Assembly: GCA_026003235.1 (NCBI GenBank) | Contig: BPGW01000001.1 | Coordinates: forward strand, 24,224 to 88,223 | DNA: 64,000 bases | From: Bacteroidia bacterium | Lineage (GTDB): Bacteria; Bacteroidota; Bacteroidia; SpSt-205 | Direction of reading: 5' to 3' | The notes under the pieces: model-generated | The model's input: the letters and a program-made list of their open reading frames with translations, nothing else | Told to the model about the DNA's origin: nothing | Databases searched by the model: none | Shown here: piece by piece, positions 27,226-35,560 of the stretch | How positions within the stretch are numbered: position 1 is the stretch's first letter | How the letters are laid out: each line of letters begins with the position of its first letter | Program-made: the position numbers and the translations under genes

Positions 27226-27233
27226 CAAAGGTA
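27226..27233 (-). promoter_or_regulatory. -7 motif TACCTTTG, 4 nt upstream of ATG 27221
   Basis: Plus strand reads CAAAGGTA. Confidence 0.55.
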
Positions 27234-27344
27234 GGCATCCAGAGCACGCCAGGAAAGGCCTAAAGCAAAGCCCTCACCCCCCCGATGTACCGATCGTAAC
27301 ATCGTAACCTTGACTTCCTTGCTGGGGTGCCCAAGCCAGAACGC

Positions 27345-27352
27345 TACCTTTG
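27345..27352 (+). promoter_or_regulatory. -7 motif TACCTTTG, 5 nt upstream of GTG 27358
   Basis: Exact TAnnTTTG match. This is the basis for preferring GTG 27358 as the receptor start. Confidence 0.5.
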
Positions 27353-27357
27353 CCTCT

Positions 27358-29643
27358 GTGCAGAGACTCTGGCTGGGCCTGTTTTCCCTTCTCTTGGCCC
27401 AGGGGACTATTCGGGGTTCGGTTATAGACAGCGAAGGAGAGCCCGTGGTGGGGGCGCAGGTGCTATTGCTCCCTCTCCAGAAAGGCACCCTCACAAACCC
27501 CGAAGGACTTTTTTCCTTCCCCGGCGTACCCTTCGGCACCTACAGGCTACGCATCACCGCTTTGGGGATAGACACCATTTGGGCCGACGTCGCCATAGAC
27601 AAGCGTCGTCCTGTGGCCACCCTCAAGCTTCAGGCCGCCGCTCGGGACATTGAGATGCAAGCCGTGGAAATCACCGAGTCGCTGGCCCCCACCCGCATAG
27701 ACCCCACCCGCGTAACCGTCGCCGTGACCCCCATCACACCCCGACAGGTGTTTTTGCTGCCGAGCTTTGGCGTACCAGACGTGGCACAGTACCTACAGGT
27801 GCTGCCAGGCGTTGTCTTTACGGGCGATCAGGGCGGTCAGCTCTACATCCGCGGAGGAACCCCCATCCAGAACCTTACCCTGTTGGATGGCGCCATCGTC
27901 TACAGCCCTTTCCATACCCTGTCGCTTTTTAGCATCTTTGAGACAGACCTCCTCCGCCAAGTGAATGTATACTCGGCAGGCTTCGGAGCCGAATACGGCG
28001 GACGCATCTCCTCGGTGATAGACATCCGCACGCGAGCGGGCGATTTTGAACGGCTGGGTGGCCGGGTGTACGCCACACCCTTCGTGGCGGGAGCCTCTTT
28101 AGAAGGCCCCACCCCCCTCTTGCGGAATAGCTCGTGGCTGGTCTCCGCCCGCCAAGGCTACATCCAACAGGCCGCCCCTCGGTTATACCCCTATCTGCGC
28201 GATTCCCTGCCGTTTCAGTTCCAGGACCTCTACGGCAAGGCCACCTTTGGACGGGGCCCAGACCAGCTCCAGGTCTTCGGTTTTCGGCAGACGGACCGGG
28301 TAGACCTGGGAGCCAACGGCATCAACACCTGGAACCAGTGGGGCACGGGACTGACCTTCGCTAACCTACCCAGCGGAACCCGGGTCCGCATCACAGGAAA
28401 CCTCGCCTACTCCCGTTTTGCCAACACCTTCCAAGACCTCCGGGAGCTGCGCCCCCGCTATAGCACCATCGGGGGCTTCAACGGCGGGTTCACTTTCTCT
28501 TACCTCTTCGGCGCGGACGAACTGGCCTACGCCGTAGAAGTGCGGGGCTTCTCAACCGACTTTCTCTTCACCAATGGGCTTGGATTCATCACGCAGCAGC
28601 AGCAGAGCAACACCGAATTTGCCGCTTACGGTCGCTACCTCAAGGCCTTCCGCAAACAGGAAATAGGGCCCGATGGGGAAGTGCGCCTCTTGACCCGAGC
28701 CGTGATAGAACCCAGCTTGCGCCTGCACTTTTACAACACCTACGGGTATTTCTCTATTGAGCCTCGCTTGCGTGCCAAATACACCGGTTCCCGCTGGAGC
28801 CTTCAGGCCGCCGCTGGTCGCTACACCCAGAACTGGGTGGCTGCCGTCTCCGACCGGGATGTGGTGATTCTCTTTCAGGGGTTTCTCACGGCCCCAGAAC
28901 TGCCAGCTAACCGACAGCTGGCCCACCCCCTTCAAGAAGCCTACCACCTCACCCTGGGCGGGGAGTACCAGCTCGGCCCCGCGCTCCTCTCTCTGGAAGG
29001 ATGGTACAAGCGCTTCACACAGCTCACCATCGTCAACCGGGAGCGGCTCTTTCCTGAAGACCCCGCCTTCCTGACCGAGGTAGGGTATGCCTACGGAGCT
29101 GACTTCTCCGTACGCTACCAGAGCCGCTCATGGTACGCCTACGGCACCTACAGCTACCAGTACAACCGGCGCACCGACTTTCGGCTGACCTACTTCCCTC
29201 TCTGGGATAGACGACACACGGCCAACTTCCTGGCGGCTTACCGATGGGGGGGATTCGTCTCTACGCCGCGCCTCCGAGAGTCCCGCTGGGAGTTCTCGGT
29301 GCGATGGACCCTGGGTTCGGGCCTACCTTTCACCCAAACCCTGGGCTTTTTTGAGAAGCTCCTACTCTTACAGGGCTCTCAGTCGCCTTACCCCATTCAG
29401 CAGGGCCAGCTTGCCGTCCTCCTTAGCCCCAACTACAATGGGGCTCGCTTGCCCGCTTACCACCGCCTGGATCTGATGGTGAAGCACCGCTGGCGCATAG
29501 GCCCGGCCTTCCTCCTGGAAGCCAACTTCACCCTCCTCAACGCCTACAACCGCCCCAACCTTTTCTACATAGACCGCATCTCAGCCCGCCGCTACAACCA
29601 GCTGCCGATTTTACCCTCGCTGGGGCTGACAGGAAGCTGGTAA
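27358..29643 (+). CDS. TonB-dependent receptor with a CarboxypepD_reg-like N-terminal domain
   Basis: From ORF 27310..29643, with the start probably GTG 27358 (VQRLWLGLFSLLLAQG signal). CarboxypepD_reg-like segment (GTIRGSVIDSEGEPVVGAQVLL...GLFSFPGVPFGTYRLRI), plug domain (VAQYLQVLPGVVFTG..QLYIRGG), and a large barrel ending ILPSLGLTGSW. Confidence 0.85.
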   Translation: MQRLWLGLFSLLLAQGTIRGSVIDSEGEPVVGAQVLLLPLQKGTLTNPEGLFSFPGVPFGTYRLRITALGIDTIWADVAIDKRRPVATLKLQAAARDIEMQAVEITESLAPTRIDPTRVTVAVTPITPRQVFLLPSFGVPDVAQYLQVLPGVVFTGDQGGQLYIRGGTPIQNLTLLDGAIVYSPFHTLSLFSIFETDLLRQVNVYSAGFGAEYGGRISSVIDIRTRAGDFERLGGRVYATPFVAGASLEGPTPLLRNSSWLVSARQGYIQQAAPRLYPYLRDSLPFQFQDLYGKATFGRGPDQLQVFGFRQTDRVDLGANGINTWNQWGTGLTFANLPSGTRVRITGNLAYSRFANTFQDLRELRPRYSTIGGFNGGFTFSYLFGADELAYAVEVRGFSTDFLFTNGLGFITQQQQSNTEFAAYGRYLKAFRKQEIGPDGEVRLLTRAVIEPSLRLHFYNTYGYFSIEPRLRAKYTGSRWSLQAAAGRYTQNWVAAVSDRDVVILFQGFLTAPELPANRQLAHPLQEAYHLTLGGEYQLGPALLSLEGWYKRFTQLTIVNRERLFPEDPAFLTEVGYAYGADFSVRYQSRSWYAYGTYSYQYNRRTDFRLTYFPLWDRRHTANFLAAYRWGGFVSTPRLRESRWEFSVRWTLGSGLPFTQTLGFFEKLLLLQGSQSPYPIQQGQLAVLLSPNYNGARLPAYHRLDLMVKHRWRIGPAFLLEANFTLLNAYNRPNLFYIDRISARRYNQLPILPSLGLTGSW

Positions 29644-29648
29644 TTCGT

Positions 29649-29656
29649 TATTTTTG
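29649..29656 (+). promoter_or_regulatory. -7 motif TATTTTTG, 3 nt upstream of ATG 29660
   Basis: Exact TAnnTTTG match. Confidence 0.45.
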
Positions 29657-29659
29657 GGC

Positions 29660-30676
29660 ATGCGGCGCAACCTGCACTACCTAAATAGCCTCCTCGTGCC
29701 GGCCATGGCTTACATAGCCGTGGGGTTGGGGGGATGGTGGGGGCTCCTGCCCTGGGGCGTGACTTTCGGGCTGATTGCGCTCATTGAGCTGCTCCTCCCA
29801 GAAAACACCGACAACCAGCACGACTCCGACGGAGCCCTTGCCAGCCGGTATTCTCGTCCTGCACTGGATAGCCCACGCAGGACTGCTCGCGTGGTGGGCC
29901 CTTCGTCTGGCGCAGGGGGCCTACTCTCCTAAAGAAGCTCTGCTCGTAGCGCTGGCGGTAGGCTTCTCAGGGGGGGCTTCCGCTATCGTCGTGGCCCATG
30001 AAATGCTCCACCGGAAAGGCTCGCTTTGGCAGCTCGGAGCCAAAACCCTTCTCGCCAGCACAGGCAACATCTACTTCTATGTGACCCACGTGCGGATGCA
30101 CCACCGCTACGTAGGTACCGACTTAGACCACAGCACAGCCCGACCCGGGGAATCGTTCTACGCTTTCCTTTTGCGCACCGTGCCAGGTCAGCTAAAGTGG
30201 GCCTGGGCTTCCGAAAAAAAGCGCCTTTCCGCCCAAAGTCTGCCCCCCCTCCACGCGCAGAACTACATGCTTCAACAAGCGCTGCTTTGGGTTTTGCTGG
30301 CGGCTGTCTTTGCCGCAGTCGGAGGGGTCGTATGGGCTTTGCGGCTTTTGTCCTGCAAGGGCTCGTGGCCAACTTCCTCCTGGAGTATGTGAATTACATT
30401 GAGCACTACGGCCTGGTTCGCCGGCCTGAAGAGCCCATTCGTCCTTGGCACTCCTGGGAAAGCAACAAGTACTTTAGCCGGTTCTTTTTGGTAGATTTGT
30501 CTCGGCATTCTGACCACCATTTGCATGGGGCTAAGCCTTATCATACCCTGAATGCGCTGGAGAGAGCGCCTCGGTTGCCTACGGGGTACGCCGGGATGAT
30601 TTACCTGGCGCTGGTACCTCCCCTGTGGCGCAAAGTCATGGACCGGCGTCTGCCTCAGGTTCCCGCACCCGCTTAG
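29660..30676 (+). pseudogene. AlkB-family membrane di-iron hydroxylase (alkane 1-monooxygenase / fatty-acid desaturase superfamily) split by two compensating frameshifts
   Basis: Three overlapping ORFs make up the gene. The N-terminal TM part is in frame 2 (29660..~29850). The middle part, with His boxes HEMLHRK and HVRMHHRY, is in frame 0 (~29850..~30335). The C-terminal part, with NYIEHYGL and LSRHSDHHL, returns to frame 2 (~30335..30676). Confidence 0.75.
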
Positions 30677-31094
30677 CGGGCGGATCGGGCCATATACCTG
30701 GTTCGGTGATCTCAAGGCTGTGTCCATCCGGGTCTCGGAAGTACACCGAACGGCGCCCTTGCCGCCAAGTCGCTTCGTGCTCCAGGGCTATGCCTTGTTC
30801 CAGGAGGTGGCGTTTCCAAGCCTCGTAAGCCTGCTTGGAAGGGGCCTCAAAAGCCACATGCTGCACCCCTTCGGCTCCATGCGCTGGCAGGGTGGGATTG
30901 GCCTGCGTATAGCTCCTCACAAAAGCCAAAAGCATGTCAGGTCCGACTTGAAAGAAAACAAACTTTCCAGGCTCCTCTGCTAGACAAGGAAAACCCAAGA
31001 CTCCTTCATAAAAAGCCCGAGTGCGCGCCGTGTCTTGGATATAAAGACAAGTTTCTTTGATATGGCTAAGGGAGGGCCGCCACGAGCTGGGCAT
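30636..31094 (-). CDS. VOC-family (glyoxalase/bleomycin resistance/dioxygenase) protein
   Basis: From ORF 30636..31121, with the start uncertain (ATG 31094 chosen). HIKETCLYIQDTARTRAFYEGVLGF, GVQHVAFE, SVYFRDPDGHSLEI. Confidence 0.72.
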   Translation of the reverse strand: MPSSWRPSLSHIKETCLYIQDTARTRAFYEGVLGFPCLAEEPGKFVFFQVGPDMLLAFVRSYTQANPTLPAHGAEGVQHVAFEAPSKQAYEAWKRHLLEQGIALEHEATWRQGRRSVYFRDPDGHSLEITEPGIWPDPPAKRVREPEADAGP

Positions 31095-31887
31095 AACGGC
31101 CCTCATAACTCTGGGTTCCACTGCAGGCCATCTGCTGAGCCAGCGTACGGATATTCCTCACGCGCTCGCCGGGATCGGGGTGCGTGCTGAGAAAAGCCGG
31201 CGGACGGACCCCACCCCCCTGCGTGATGTACTCAAAAAAGTCCGCCGCGCCATCCGCCCGATACTCCGTGGGGCAGAGGTAAATTACCGAATGCGCATCT
31301 GCGTCCCGTTCATGATCGCGACTAAACGAGAGCAAAACCAGGCTGGACGCAATCTGGGCTATCAGCCCCGGATCTTGCTGGCCGGTGATGAGCTGCGCCA
31401 GCGTCTGAATCCCATACGCTTGCGTCAGAAGCTGGGTGGAATGCCGCCGAGCCGCATGCGCCATCTCGTGGGCCAATACCCCCATCAGTTGGGCCTCGTT
31501 GCGCAGGTATTTGATAATCCCCGTATACACATAGATATACCCGCCGGGAGCACAGAAGGCGTTCAGCGTGGAGTCATCCCGAATGATGCGGATGCGCCAG
31601 GGAAACTTATCGGCGTAATCCACCTTGCCTGTGGCCAAAATGGTGTTGCGCATCCGGTACAGGTGCGCGTAAGCGGTGGGGTACTGGGCAGAGTCCAGAA
31701 TAGGATACTTGGAGGGGTTGGACTCAATTTCCTGCATCACCTGCTGGCCCAGCTTGAGATCGTCTTCGGTGGAGAAGAGGTTGAAGCTCAAACCGGAAGA
31801 CCCCGTAGGCGTTTTTTTCTGGCAAGAAGGGGCACTGCCTCCTATCCAGAGCAGCCCCAGAAACAAGAAGTACTTGCCCGCGTTCAT
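31066..31887 (-). CDS. M48-family zinc metallopeptidase, lipoprotein
   Basis: 273 aa. Signal/lipobox (LLWIGGSAPSC), HEXXH (VLAHEMAHAARRH), downstream SRDHERDAD and THPDPGER. Confidence 0.85.
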   Translation of the reverse strand: MNAGKYFLFLGLLWIGGSAPSCQKKTPTGSSGLSFNLFSTEDDLKLGQQVMQEIESNPSKYPILDSAQYPTAYAHLYRMRNTILATGKVDYADKFPWRIRIIRDDSTLNAFCAPGGYIYVYTGIIKYLRNEAQLMGVLAHEMAHAARRHSTQLLTQAYGIQTLAQLITGQQDPGLIAQIASSLVLLSFSRDHERDADAHSVIYLCPTEYRADGAADFFEYITQGGGVRPPAFLSTHPDPGERVRNIRTLAQQMACSGTQSYEGRYAQLVAALP

Positions 31888-33488
31888 AGCTTTATGAAAG
31901 CTTGGGTGAAGTTTCCAGAACCGGACAGAGCCCGCAAGTGGACCCAGTACAAGCCTGGCCGCAAGAAGTCCACCGGCAAGGAAAGTTGGGTAAAGCCCCG
32001 GTAAGGCCGGCTCAATACTTCTCGCCCCTCTGTGTCGGTGAGGGTTAGCTCATACCACCCTAATGTGGTATCTGGCAGAAAAACCGAAATCGTCGCCCAA
32101 GCCGGGTTGGGATAAAGGCGAAGCTCTAAAGGGGTCTGGGAGGCCGGAGCAAGGCTGGTGAGCCGCTGAAGGGCTTTTTCGCCATCAGGCAGGCCGTAGC
32201 CGTAGACCGTATCAGGTTGGGAGAACCGATCCGAGGCGGCGAGGATAGCCTGCCGGAGGGCCTGGGCCGAAGCGTGAGGGTGGGCCTGCCATAGGCAAGC
32301 CGCCAGGCTGGTCAGGAGAGGCGCCGAAAAAGACGTGCCGCTGGCCTGCTGAACCTGCCCCGAAGGACTTACCACATACGTGCCCCAGCCCAGCGCCACC
32401 ACTTCGGGCTTGATGCGCCCATCCGAAGTAGGCCCCCGAGAAGAAAAAGGAGCAATCTGACCCGAAGGGCCTATGGCCCCTACCGCCAGGATGCTATCCG
32501 CGTCCGCCGGGGCTGTGATGTAACGCCAGGGAGAAGCGCCTTCGTTTCCCGCTGAGTTCACGACAAGAAGGCCTTTGCGGGCAGCCGTAAGCGCAGCCTG
32601 GGTGGTAATGGCGGTACGCCCATTCATGTCGGCGTAGGTGTAATTCTCGGCGGGATCGTCAAACGTGCTGTATCCCAAGGAGCTTTGAATGATGTGCGCG
32701 CCCATGGAGTCGGCCCATTCGGCGGCCCGGGCCCAGTTCCACTCTTCTAAGCGGGACTCGGAGAGGGCGTTTTCTGTACGGGCCAGGAGCACCGACACCC
32801 CCGGCGCGCCCCCAACAAAGCCTATGCCTTCCGGGTCATGCGCCACTATCACCGAAGCCACTTGGGTGCCGTGGCTGTTGTCTTCAAATACACTGCTGTC
32901 TCCCGCCACAAAGTCATACCCCCCCAAGTACCGCCCTTCCTGGAAGAGCGCCTGAAAAGCTGGGATTTGGTTCATGTTAGGAAATCCTGCGTCAAAAATG
33001 GCCACCCGTATTCCCCTTCCTGTGTAGCCCATAGCGTGAAGCGTAGAGAGCTTGAGCTGGTCAAGCTGAAGAGCATTGACCACGGAGGCGGCTTTACCCG
33101 GGGCCTGCACGAGGCGAAACGACGCCAGCGACGAACGGCCCCTGCGTGCACGCCAGGTGAGGGGCTCCATGCATCGCACGAAGGACCACCTGGGCAACCG
33201 TGCCGAGTTCGGCAGCTCCATCAAAGCGGCGTTGAGCCACCGAGAATAGCCCCAGAAAGTCCCGTAGCACCTGAGGCTATCTATCCAGGCCGGAGGAGCG
33301 CTTACGTCCGCTTTATCTATAGGTATGCCTTGGAGAAAGCGTCTTTCAAGCGCCCAAGGGGAAAGGCTCTTTTCAGGGTGCAGAAGCAGGCTATCGGGCT
33401 TCTCTTCAAAGTAGACCAGGTAAAACCCCGTCTGCGCCCATAGAGGCAGGACAAAGCAGAGCGCCCACCCCCACATTCCCTTTGTCAT
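31884..33488 (-). CDS. S8 (subtilisin) serine peptidase with a T9SS-type C-terminal sorting domain
   Basis: From ORF 31884..33497, with the start at ATG 33488. Catalytic triad contexts VAIFDAGF, HGTQVAS, GTSFSAPL. The C-terminal ~80 aa read LRLYPNPAWATISVFL...WVHL (Por secretion CTD pattern). Confidence 0.88.
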   Translation of the reverse strand: MTKGMWGWALCFVLPLWAQTGFYLVYFEEKPDSLLLHPEKSLSPWALERRFLQGIPIDKADVSAPPAWIDSLRCYGTFWGYSRWLNAALMELPNSARLPRWSFVRCMEPLTWRARRGRSSLASFRLVQAPGKAASVVNALQLDQLKLSTLHAMGYTGRGIRVAIFDAGFPNMNQIPAFQALFQEGRYLGGYDFVAGDSSVFEDNSHGTQVASVIVAHDPEGIGFVGGAPGVSVLLARTENALSESRLEEWNWARAAEWADSMGAHIIQSSLGYSTFDDPAENYTYADMNGRTAITTQAALTAARKGLLVVNSAGNEGASPWRYITAPADADSILAVGAIGPSGQIAPFSSRGPTSDGRIKPEVVALGWGTYVVSPSGQVQQASGTSFSAPLLTSLAACLWQAHPHASAQALRQAILAASDRFSQPDTVYGYGLPDGEKALQRLTSLAPASQTPLELRLYPNPAWATISVFLPDTTLGWYELTLTDTEGREVLSRPYRGFTQLSLPVDFLRPGLYWVHLRALSGSGNFTQAFIKL

Positions 33489-33521
33489 AAGGCTCAACTA
33501 AGGTAGCACTTTGGCATGAAA

Positions 33522-35072
33522 CTACCCCACTTCCGCCAGGGGGCGGCCAGCCGGGTCCAGCAGCAGTCCACGCAGGGGCAGCACTTCCTGGGAAGGTTCA
33601 ACTCGCAGCCACCGATGCGGAAGGAGGTTCCAAATCCAGTAGCCGGCCGCCGGATAGAGGCTTCGCCAGTAGGCCAGGAGAGAAGGATGCACCCGCAGGG
33701 TAAGAGGCGTTTTCGGATACTGCGCCCCCCAATGCCGAATTTGGGCCTGCATCTCTTCCAGCGGCTTTCCCGGATAGGCGAGACGACCGCTTCCTTTACA
33801 AGTAGGGCAGCGGTGCTCTTCTGGAAGTTCTACCGGCAGGCGACGACGCTGCCGGGTGATTTGCACCAGCCCGAATTCGCTCATGGGCAAGACAGCGTGC
33901 TTGGCTCGGTCGGCTTTCATCGCCTCCCGCAGCCGCTCGTACACCAGCTGGCGATGCTCAGGCTGGCGCATGTCAATGAAGTCCACCACAATAATCCCAC
34001 CCATGTCTCGCAGCCGAAGCTGTCGGGCTACTTCGTGAGCAGCCAGCAGATTGGTCTGGAGGATGGTCTCTTCGGGAAGCTTGCCCTGGGCTGCCAGCGA
34101 ACCGCTATTGACATCTATCACATGCAGCGCCTCGGTGTGTTCTATGACCAGATAGCCGCCGTTGGGGAGGGTTACGGTACGGCCTAAAAGCTGCCTCGCC
34201 ACCCGATCCAATTCAGCCGCATGGGTAAAAGGCGTTTTCCGCAAGCCAAGGCGAACCTGCGGCGACACAGGAAGAGGATAAGCCTCTAAATAACTGCAAA
34301 CCTTTTGGTGAAGCTCCGCTTCCACCGCATGTATCACCTGGGGGGGAGGGGAGAGAAGCTCGTGCAAGAGGGCAGAAAAAGGCGTGTTGTCTCCAAATAG
34401 ACGGTAAGGTGGATGTTTGCCCAGGAGGGCCTGAAGTTGAGCCTCCCAGCGCTGGATCAGGCGCTCATATTCGGCTGCGACTTCAGCCGGGGAAAGGTAC
34501 TGGCCCTGGGTACGCAGCACGATGCCATAGGGCGAACAGTACATCTGGCGAAGGTGCTCTTTCCACTGAGCGCGTAGCGCTGGATCGGAAATGCGATGCG
34601 AGACCCCTATTTCTGCAGAGAAAGGCAGCAAGACCAGCGCTTGCCCGGTCAAGCCCACCTGAGCACTCAAGCGAGGGCCTTTCGTCTCTGACATTTCCTT
34701 CACCACTTGCACCAGGATCCAGTCGCCTACTTGCACATAGTCAGCGATGTTAGCCTCCCGTGCAGGGGGAGGAAAATGCCCCACTTGATCGCTGGGGTTC
34801 CAGTGCCCCCGTCGCAAGCTCCGCAGAAAAGCTTGTTGCAAGGGAAAACTTGGCCCCAGGTCGCTGTAGTGCAAAAACCCCTCCCGCGCCAGCCCAATGT
34901 CTACAAACGCAGCATTCAGCCCGCGCACCACCTGCGTAACCCGACCCAAAAAGACATCCCCCAAGGAATAAGACACCGATCCCCCCAGTTCGTAGAACTC
35001 CACGAGCTGGTGGTGCTCCAGCAGGTAAGCCCTTAGCTTATCTCGCTCTTGGGTCAGGATAAGCTCCCGCAA
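33522..35072 (-). CDS. rng: Ribonuclease E/G family endoribonuclease (RNase G-like)
   Basis: 516 aa with a TTG start 11 nt after the small basic ORF. S1 domain (GDVFLGRVTQVVRGLNAAFVDIG), catalytic core (LVIEHTEALHVIDVNSG, GGIIVVDFIDM), Zn-link CPTCKGSG. Confidence 0.9.
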   Translation of the reverse strand: MRELILTQERDKLRAYLLEHHQLVEFYELGGSVSYSLGDVFLGRVTQVVRGLNAAFVDIGLAREGFLHYSDLGPSFPLQQAFLRSLRRGHWNPSDQVGHFPPPAREANIADYVQVGDWILVQVVKEMSETKGPRLSAQVGLTGQALVLLPFSAEIGVSHRISDPALRAQWKEHLRQMYCSPYGIVLRTQGQYLSPAEVAAEYERLIQRWEAQLQALLGKHPPYRLFGDNTPFSALLHELLSPPPQVIHAVEAELHQKVCSYLEAYPLPVSPQVRLGLRKTPFTHAAELDRVARQLLGRTVTLPNGGYLVIEHTEALHVIDVNSGSLAAQGKLPEETILQTNLLAAHEVARQLRLRDMGGIIVVDFIDMRQPEHRQLVYERLREAMKADRAKHAVLPMSEFGLVQITRQRRRLPVELPEEHRCPTCKGSGRLAYPGKPLEEMQAQIRHWGAQYPKTPLTLRVHPSLLAYWRSLYPAAGYWIWNLLPHRWLRVEPSQEVLPLRGLLLDPAGRPLAEVG

Positions 35073-35083
35073 GGAGACCCTGA

Positions 35084-35179
35084 TTAGCGCAGCTTCTTCT
35101 TGTGCCGGTTGAGGCGACGGCGTTTCTTAAGCTTGTGCCGCTTTATCTTCCGGAGTTTTCTTTTCCTACCGCATGGCAT
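35084..35179 (-). CDS. 31-aa highly basic peptide resembling bS22 / AURKAIP1-COX24-type small ribosomal proteins
   Basis: Hand translation of the minus strand gives MPCGRKRKLRKIKRHKLKKRRRLNRHKKKLR followed by TAA. It is too short for the supplied ORF track. A TATCTTTG motif lies 8 nt upstream. It is divergent from rpsT and directly upstream of RNase G. Confidence 0.55.
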   Translation of the reverse strand: MPCGRKRKLRKIKRHKLKKRRRLNRHKKKLR

Positions 35180-35187
35180 AGCGGCCG

Positions 35188-35195
35188 CAAAGATA
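35188..35195 (-). promoter_or_regulatory. -7 motif TATCTTTG, 8 nt upstream of ATG 35179
   Basis: Plus strand reads CAAAGATA. Confidence 0.5.
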
Positions 35196-35249
35196 GCACT
35201 TCCTGAGCACAAGCTTCCCACCCCTGACCTATAGTAGGACTGAAACGCC

Positions 35250-35257
35250 TACCTTTG
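35250..35257 (+). promoter_or_regulatory. -7 motif TACCTTTG, 6 nt upstream of ATG 35264 (rpsT)
   Basis: Exact TAnnTTTG match. Confidence 0.55.
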
Positions 35258-35263
35258 CGCCTC

Positions 35264-35560
35264 ATGGCTGCACCTGCAAAGAAGAAGAAGACAGCCCGGT
35301 CCCGATCCGCGCTCAAACGGCAGCGCCAAACAGCACGCCGCAGGGCACGCAACCTCCTCTGGAAGGCGAAACTCCGGCAGGCCCTGCGCGCTCTGCGCAA
35401 GGAGAACGACCCCGCTAAACTACCCCAGCTCCTTCGTGAAGCCCATTCTGTCATAGACCGCGTAGCCCGCAGGAATATCATTCACCGCAACAAAGCCGCC
35501 CGATACAAGTCCCGTCTGGCGCGCCTGGTAGCCCAGCGCTTGGCCCAAAGCTCCACATGA
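35264..35560 (+). CDS. rpsT: 30S ribosomal protein S20
   Basis: From ORF 35255..35560, with the start at ATG 35264. MAAPAKKKKTARSRSALKRQRQTARRRARN...VIDRVARRNIIHRNKAARYKSRLARLV is a typical bS20. Confidence 0.92.
   Translation: MAAPAKKKKTARSRSALKRQRQTARRRARNLLWKAKLRQALRALRKENDPAKLPQLLREAHSVIDRVARRNIIHRNKAARYKSRLARLVAQRLAQSST

Noticed and set aside
27222-27357. Possible riboswitch (for example cobalamin) in the 136-nt region upstream of the TonB-dependent receptor
   Set aside because: The promoter-like motif lies only 5 nt from the GTG start, leaving no leader. I also could not see a B12-box-like core or any extended conserved helices.
31057-32004. 315-aa plus-strand ORF
   Set aside because: It is antisense to the M48 peptidase (HEXXH present on the minus strand) and the start of the S8 gene. 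It has no motif and an Arg/Gly/Pro-rich composition, so I treat it as a shadow ORF.
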